The position numbers and the translations under genes were made by a program. Shown piece after piece: positions 60,036 to 64,000 of a stretch of 64,000 nt of DNA. The notes below the pieces were generated by a model. It had not been told where the DNA came from. It was given only the letters and a program-made list of their open reading frames with translations, and did not search any database. Each line of letters begins with the position of its first letter. Positions within the stretch are counted from its first letter, which is position 1. This stretch comes from Puniceicoccales bacterium (GTDB taxonomy: Bacteria > Verrucomicrobiota > Verrucomicrobiia > Opitutales > UBA9783), in NCBI GenBank assembly GCA_031278975.1, contig JAITJL010000001.1, positions 21,680 to 85,679 on the forward strand, read 5' to 3'.

Positions 60036-62393
60036 TTAAAAAGAGACCCCAAAATGGTACGAGATATGAGGGGCTTTTTTCTTATTATAGTTGTCTGTTT
60101 TTAAAGGAAAAGCAAAATTTAGACAAAAAGGTGCTCCCAAGATGTGTAAGCGAACGCCTATCCCCCAGTCACAATTGTATCCAGAAGTTTTCCAACAAAA
60201 AGTTTTTTCGTTAACGAATCCTACATCGAAAAAGCCCACCAAACGAACAATGGAATGTACTTTCGCAGAATACTCTACTTTTGAAAATGCAAAGCTTTTA
60301 CCCCCCAGGGGGTCATGAAATTTATCCTGCGTTTTAGGTCCGACCTCTCTTAAATCAAACCCGCGTAAATTATCGGGGCCACCTAAGAATTCTCGCTCAA
60401 ATAAAGGAACATCCTTGCCGCCAAATCCTCTTACGGTACCTACTTTCCCTCCCACCAAAAATGTTTGTTCGCGTTCAGGGGTAACCAAAAGCCATTTTGC
60501 TGCGGTAAAATGTGTTCTCATATAATTTGTTTGTCCACGACAGGGACCTCCCGCCAATTGATTATCCCATTCCAAATAAGAACCTTCGGTAGGATAAAGG
60601 AAATGATCGCGCGTGTCGCGTTCCATAGAAAAACCAATTTTAGACAAGCTGCGTTTGCCACGTTCTGCCCAAATGGCACTTGATACATGGTCTTGCTTTA
60701 CATCTTTTAAATTGAACTCTTCAATGCGATAATAAAACTTACCTTGTACTTGCTCAAATAATCGTTTCCACAAGTAGATTTCAGTCCCGAGGTGTTGCTC
60801 CGTATAATTATCGCTGGTATATTTGTTAACCGTTCTGAAGACGTTAAATCCAAATCTCAATTCCCTATCAAATAGCCAAGGTTCTTCAAAAGATAGGTTA
60901 ATTTCGTTGGAATATTTGCCTAAGCTTGTTCCCAATTGAAATTTTTGCCCGGCGCCCCGAAAATAGTTGCCCGTATTTTTATAGTCAAAATTGTTTTGGC
61001 TCAACGTGACGCCTACGGTCATTTTTTCTTCGCTATTGAAGCCTCCAGAAAAAAATACACTGCCCGTTTTGGCTTCTTCCACGCTTATTTTTAAATTTTT
61101 TTGATGCGGTGTATTAGTATCTTCCGGTAAAATGGACACAGCATTGAAAAATCCCGTATTGAGCAGACGTTGTTCGGCCTTTTTCATGCGTACGCGATCG
61201 ACGATATCACCCGGAGCTAAGTTGGTTTCACGCAAGATAACGCGTGCTTGTGTGTTAATGTTGCCGGTAATGTAAATGGAATTAATTTTTGATTGGATAC
61301 CTCTCTGTACTGTAAATTGTAAATCAAAGGATTTCCCATCTACCCAAAGTCGTTTTACCTGAACTTCTACATCTATATATCCATAGCATCCATAAAAATC
61401 TCTCAATTTTTCGCATGCTAATTCGATTTTTTCCGGAGAACAAACGTCACCTTCTTTTAAACCTGTGATGTGAATGAGGTGTTGCGGGTTCAAAGCATCA
61501 TCCGTTGTTAATTGGACAGAATGAATCGTGTAACGTGTGCCCTCTTCGATGGGAATTGTAATACGTATTTGCGTTTTGCTTTTTTCTAAACGTATTTTCT
61601 GCGCACGGACGCTCACATCCAAAAACCCCCTATTTTGGTAATACTCTGCAATCCGATCCAAATCGTGCCGTAATTGATCTTTTTTGTAAACCCCCGTATT
61701 CGTTAGCCACGCTAACCAATCCCACGTTTTTGTGGATATGATCGATAAAAGTTCTTTTTCCGTACAGGCATGAATGCCTTCAAAGTGAATGGCTTGCAGT
61801 CGATAACGAAATCCTTCTGCGATCAAAAATTGAACATCCCTGTACCCCGAAAAATCTTGCTGACCTGAAACGATTTGTACACGTGCATCACAGTATCCTT
61901 TGGACTCATAAAAATGTAACAAACGTTGACAGTCGTTGCGCAACTTTAATTCGTCCAAAGGCTGATTACTGCGGCTTTTTATCTCACTTAATAGGGCATT
62001 ATCCCTTAAGCGTCGGTTGCCTACAAATTCAATTTTTCGAATTTTAGGAAGTATGTGCAGGCAAACTTTGATATCGAAGCCATCGGCTGTTTCATTTTCT
62101 TGGAGTATTTTTATGCTATCGAACCATCCTGTTTTATAAAGGCGTTTAAGCGCGGCATCCACTTGCGTTTTGTTGCAAGTTTGCCCTTCTGCAATACCTA
62201 AATGCGTACGAATAAAGTGAAGCGTTACGTGTTTCGGACCCGAGCATTCAATGTTTATTTTTCCGATAGTCCCTGCCTGCCATGCAGTTTCTTGACAAAA
62301 AGCTACATAGGTATGTGCAAACAATAATGCGAATGCTTGACAAAAAGTTTTAGTTCTGCATCTCTTCATAAATTTCTCCCGTATAATTTTCAA
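60036..62393 (-). CDS. bamA: Outer-membrane protein assembly factor BamA (Omp85)
   Basis: 785 aa with a signal peptide and POTRA-like repeats (IRKIEFVGNRRL..., IHFEGIHACTEKEL..., IYITGNINTQARVI...). The C-terminal beta-barrel carries LFEREFLGGPDNLRGF and ends in F. The start probably lies at the internal ATG (62369). Confidence 0.9.
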   Translation of the reverse strand: MKIIREKFMKRCRTKTFCQAFALLFAHTYVAFCQETAWQAGTIGKINIECSGPKHVTLHFIRTHLGIAEGQTCNKTQVDAALKRLYKTGWFDSIKILQENETADGFDIKVCLHILPKIRKIEFVGNRRLRDNALLSEIKSRSNQPLDELKLRNDCQRLLHFYESKGYCDARVQIVSGQQDFSGYRDVQFLIAEGFRYRLQAIHFEGIHACTEKELLSIISTKTWDWLAWLTNTGVYKKDQLRHDLDRIAEYYQNRGFLDVSVRAQKIRLEKSKTQIRITIPIEEGTRYTIHSVQLTTDDALNPQHLIHITGLKEGDVCSPEKIELACEKLRDFYGCYGYIDVEVQVKRLWVDGKSFDLQFTVQRGIQSKINSIYITGNINTQARVILRETNLAPGDIVDRVRMKKAEQRLLNTGFFNAVSILPEDTNTPHQKNLKISVEEAKTGSVFFSGGFNSEEKMTVGVTLSQNNFDYKNTGNYFRGAGQKFQLGTSLGKYSNEINLSFEEPWLFDRELRFGFNVFRTVNKYTSDNYTEQHLGTEIYLWKRLFEQVQGKFYYRIEEFNLKDVKQDHVSSAIWAERGKRSLSKIGFSMERDTRDHFLYPTEGSYLEWDNQLAGGPCRGQTNYMRTHFTAAKWLLVTPEREQTFLVGGKVGTVRGFGGKDVPLFEREFLGGPDNLRGFDLREVGPKTQDKFHDPLGGKSFAFSKVEYSAKVHSIVRLVGFFDVGFVNEKTFCWKTSGYNCDWGIGVRLHILGAPFCLNFAFPLKTDNYNKKKAPHISYHFGVSF

Positions 62394-63765
62394 ATCTTGT
62401 AAAATGTTTTAAAAATACGAGTGGGATAATACCTACGGGTCCATTGCGTTGCTTTGCTATAATCAATTCTCGAAGTACGCAGGTGTCATTAAGGTTTTCT
62501 TGCACATTTGTATCCTCTTTTATTTTTTTGGATAACAGCAATACCAAATCTGCATCCTGCTCTATGGCACCCGATTCTCGTAAGTCGGACAGCCGTGGTT
62601 GACGGCGTTCCTTTTCCGACTCACGGTTTAATTGGCTGAGAACGAGTACCGGTACGTTGAGTTCTTTAGCCATGGCTTTGAGTCCTCGCGAAATTTCTGC
62701 AATCTGCTGTTCTCTAGGGGCCTTAGGATCAGCACCCGCAATGAGTTGCAAGTAATCGATGACAATAAATCCCAGGTTGCATTGCACTTTAATTCTTCGT
62801 GCCTTAGCGCGCATTTCTAAGATGGTTATATTGGTGGATTCATCGATCCACAGAGGTGCTTTTTTAATTTCAGATGCCGTAGATGCCAAGGTTTGGTAGT
62901 GTTCTTTACGCAAAAATCCTTCCCTTAATTTGCTCATGTTGATACGCGCTCGTCCGCATAACATGCGCATGGCGAGTTGCTCTGCACTCATTTCCAAGCT
63001 AAAAAATAGAGTTGGAATGGGGCAAAAATCTTTTTTCTTGGTACCTAAAACGGCAGCCTCGGCAATATTGAGAGCAAGCGCCGTTTTCCCCATGGAAGGA
63101 CGCGCCGCTAAAACAATCATTTCCGTGCGATGAAGTCCAAAGGTTAGGGTATCTAAATCGTCGAATCCTGTACTTACGCCGCTGATAGAACCTTTAGCGG
63201 CCAATAGCCGTTGGACGGTATTGACCGCCTTTGACATGGATACTTCAATGGGAGCTGCCGTTTCCGCAACACGATCTTCACCAATTTCCAGTACCTTGTG
63301 TTCAACATCTTCCAAAAATTGATCTATATCGACGATTCCACCGTACGCGGAATCCAACCCTGTCAAAAAAAAGCGTACGAGCCGCCGTGCAAGTTCCAGT
63401 TCTTTGACTTTTTTTGCATAGAACGTTAAATGTGCCGGTGTTTCGATACGATTGTTAACTTCGTTTAAATAGGCATATCCACCGATACGATCCAATTTCC
63501 CGCACGTTTTAAGCTGTTCTGCAACCGTTAGTTCGTTGATGGGAGAACCTGCTTCGTAAAGACCTAGGCACACTTTATAGATTTCAGCGTGTGACGGAAT
63601 GTAGAAAGAATTTGGAGAAATTTTAATATCGATACACTTCGTTAAGCTATCCTGGCCACCTTCCAGCATGCATGCTGCCAACAGTGCCTGTTCATAGTCT
63701 ACACTGTACGGAGGTTCCCGAAAATTCTCTTTGGATTTTGAATGGCTTGATGCTTGATCCGTCAC
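62350..63765 (-). CDS. dnaB: Replicative DNA helicase DnaB
   Basis: GTG start. PPYSVDYEQALLAACML, Walker A ARPSMGKTALALN, FSLEMSAEQLAMRML, IVIDYLQLI, SQLNRESEKE....LSDLRESGAIEQDADLV. Confidence 0.95.
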   Translation of the reverse strand: MTDQASSHSKSKENFREPPYSVDYEQALLAACMLEGGQDSLTKCIDIKISPNSFYIPSHAEIYKVCLGLYEAGSPINELTVAEQLKTCGKLDRIGGYAYLNEVNNRIETPAHLTFYAKKVKELELARRLVRFFLTGLDSAYGGIVDIDQFLEDVEHKVLEIGEDRVAETAAPIEVSMSKAVNTVQRLLAAKGSISGVSTGFDDLDTLTFGLHRTEMIVLAARPSMGKTALALNIAEAAVLGTKKKDFCPIPTLFFSLEMSAEQLAMRMLCGRARINMSKLREGFLRKEHYQTLASTASEIKKAPLWIDESTNITILEMRAKARRIKVQCNLGFIVIDYLQLIAGADPKAPREQQIAEISRGLKAMAKELNVPVLVLSQLNRESEKERRQPRLSDLRESGAIEQDADLVLLLSKKIKEDTNVQENLNDTCVLRELIIAKQRNGPVGIIPLVFLKHFTRFENYTGEIYEEMQN

Positions 63766-63822
63766 ATTACTTGAAACATAAATCGTATGTATACGAAGAT
63801 GTTGTTAAAACGTTAAATATAA

Positions 63823-64000
63823 TCATCTAATTGGATTTTCGGAGACTACTTCTACCGACAAATCTAAAATAATTTCTTTGTGCAAGCGTATCTGAAAAGT
63901 ATGACGCCCTAAGGTTTTGACAGGATGTGGCAAACGAATAAAACTTTTTTCCAATTCAACACCTTCTTCCTTAAAACGTTTCCACAAATCTGTGGAAGAT
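63823..64000 (-). CDS. rplI: 50S ribosomal protein L9, C-terminal part (5' end outside the window)
   Basis: Not in the ORF track. Manual reverse translation gives ...SSTDLWKRFKEEGVELEKSFIRLPHPVKTLGRHTFQIRLHKEIILDLSVEVVSENPIR* (stop at 63823-63825). The pattern (I.L...IK.LG.H.v.v.LH.ev...l.v.V) and the rplI-dnaB synteny fit L9. Confidence 0.65.
   Translation of the reverse strand, partial: SSTDLWKRFKEEGVELEKSFIRLPHPVKTLGRHTFQIRLHKEIILDLSVEVVSENPIR

Overview
This window is 64 kb of a compact bacterial chromosome, roughly 40% G+C by eye, with short spacers and several overlapping gene ends. I can support about 55 protein genes, 2 tRNAs, 1 interrupted gene, 2 terminator-like hairpins and 1 tandem-repeat array. 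I saw no rRNA, CRISPR array, transposase, integrase or phage gene.

Most of the content is housekeeping:
- Translation: rpsO, pnp, rnc, hpf, leuS, thrS, tyrS, miaA, ffh, and a partial rplI.
- Replication and repair: gyrB-gyrA, dnaB, recA, radC.
- Chaperones: grpE-dnaJ.
- Outer-membrane and LPS biogenesis: lptC/A-like genes plus lptB, lpxI, waaA, lpxD, skp, bamA.

Several features point to a host-dependent, reductive lifestyle. They are a TLC-family ATP/ADP translocase, a PyrF-like ORF and a PFK-like ORF whose catalytic motifs are substituted, an MFS transporter cut by one in-frame TAG, and a ~1.7-kb ORF-free stretch. The gene order (bamA-skp-lpxD, gyrB-gyrA, Kdo transferase, PPi-PFK family, NTT) is reminiscent of Chlamydiae or PVC-like intracellular bacteria. 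That placement is inference only.

The least ordinary loci are:
1. A prepilin-type gene with no canonical start codon (54.5-55.3 kb). It abuts a G+C-rich array of 19 phased 18-bp degenerate repeats (55310-55651), which is followed by the ORF-free region up to 57357.
2. An orphan FliE-like / FliO-like gene pair (6.9-8.0 kb) with no other flagellar genes nearby.
3. A gspA/exeA-like ATPase operon with two bitopic proteins that share a GspB-like C-terminal domain (17.1-19.9 kb).
4. Two paralogous small anchored proteins sharing an AWWCxxCQxEHxxxxCP motif (24.2 kb and 28.5 kb). One lies next to a strongly G-depleted CT-rich tract.

All functional calls come from motif recognition by eye on the supplied ORF track or from my own manual translation. 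No database search was run.
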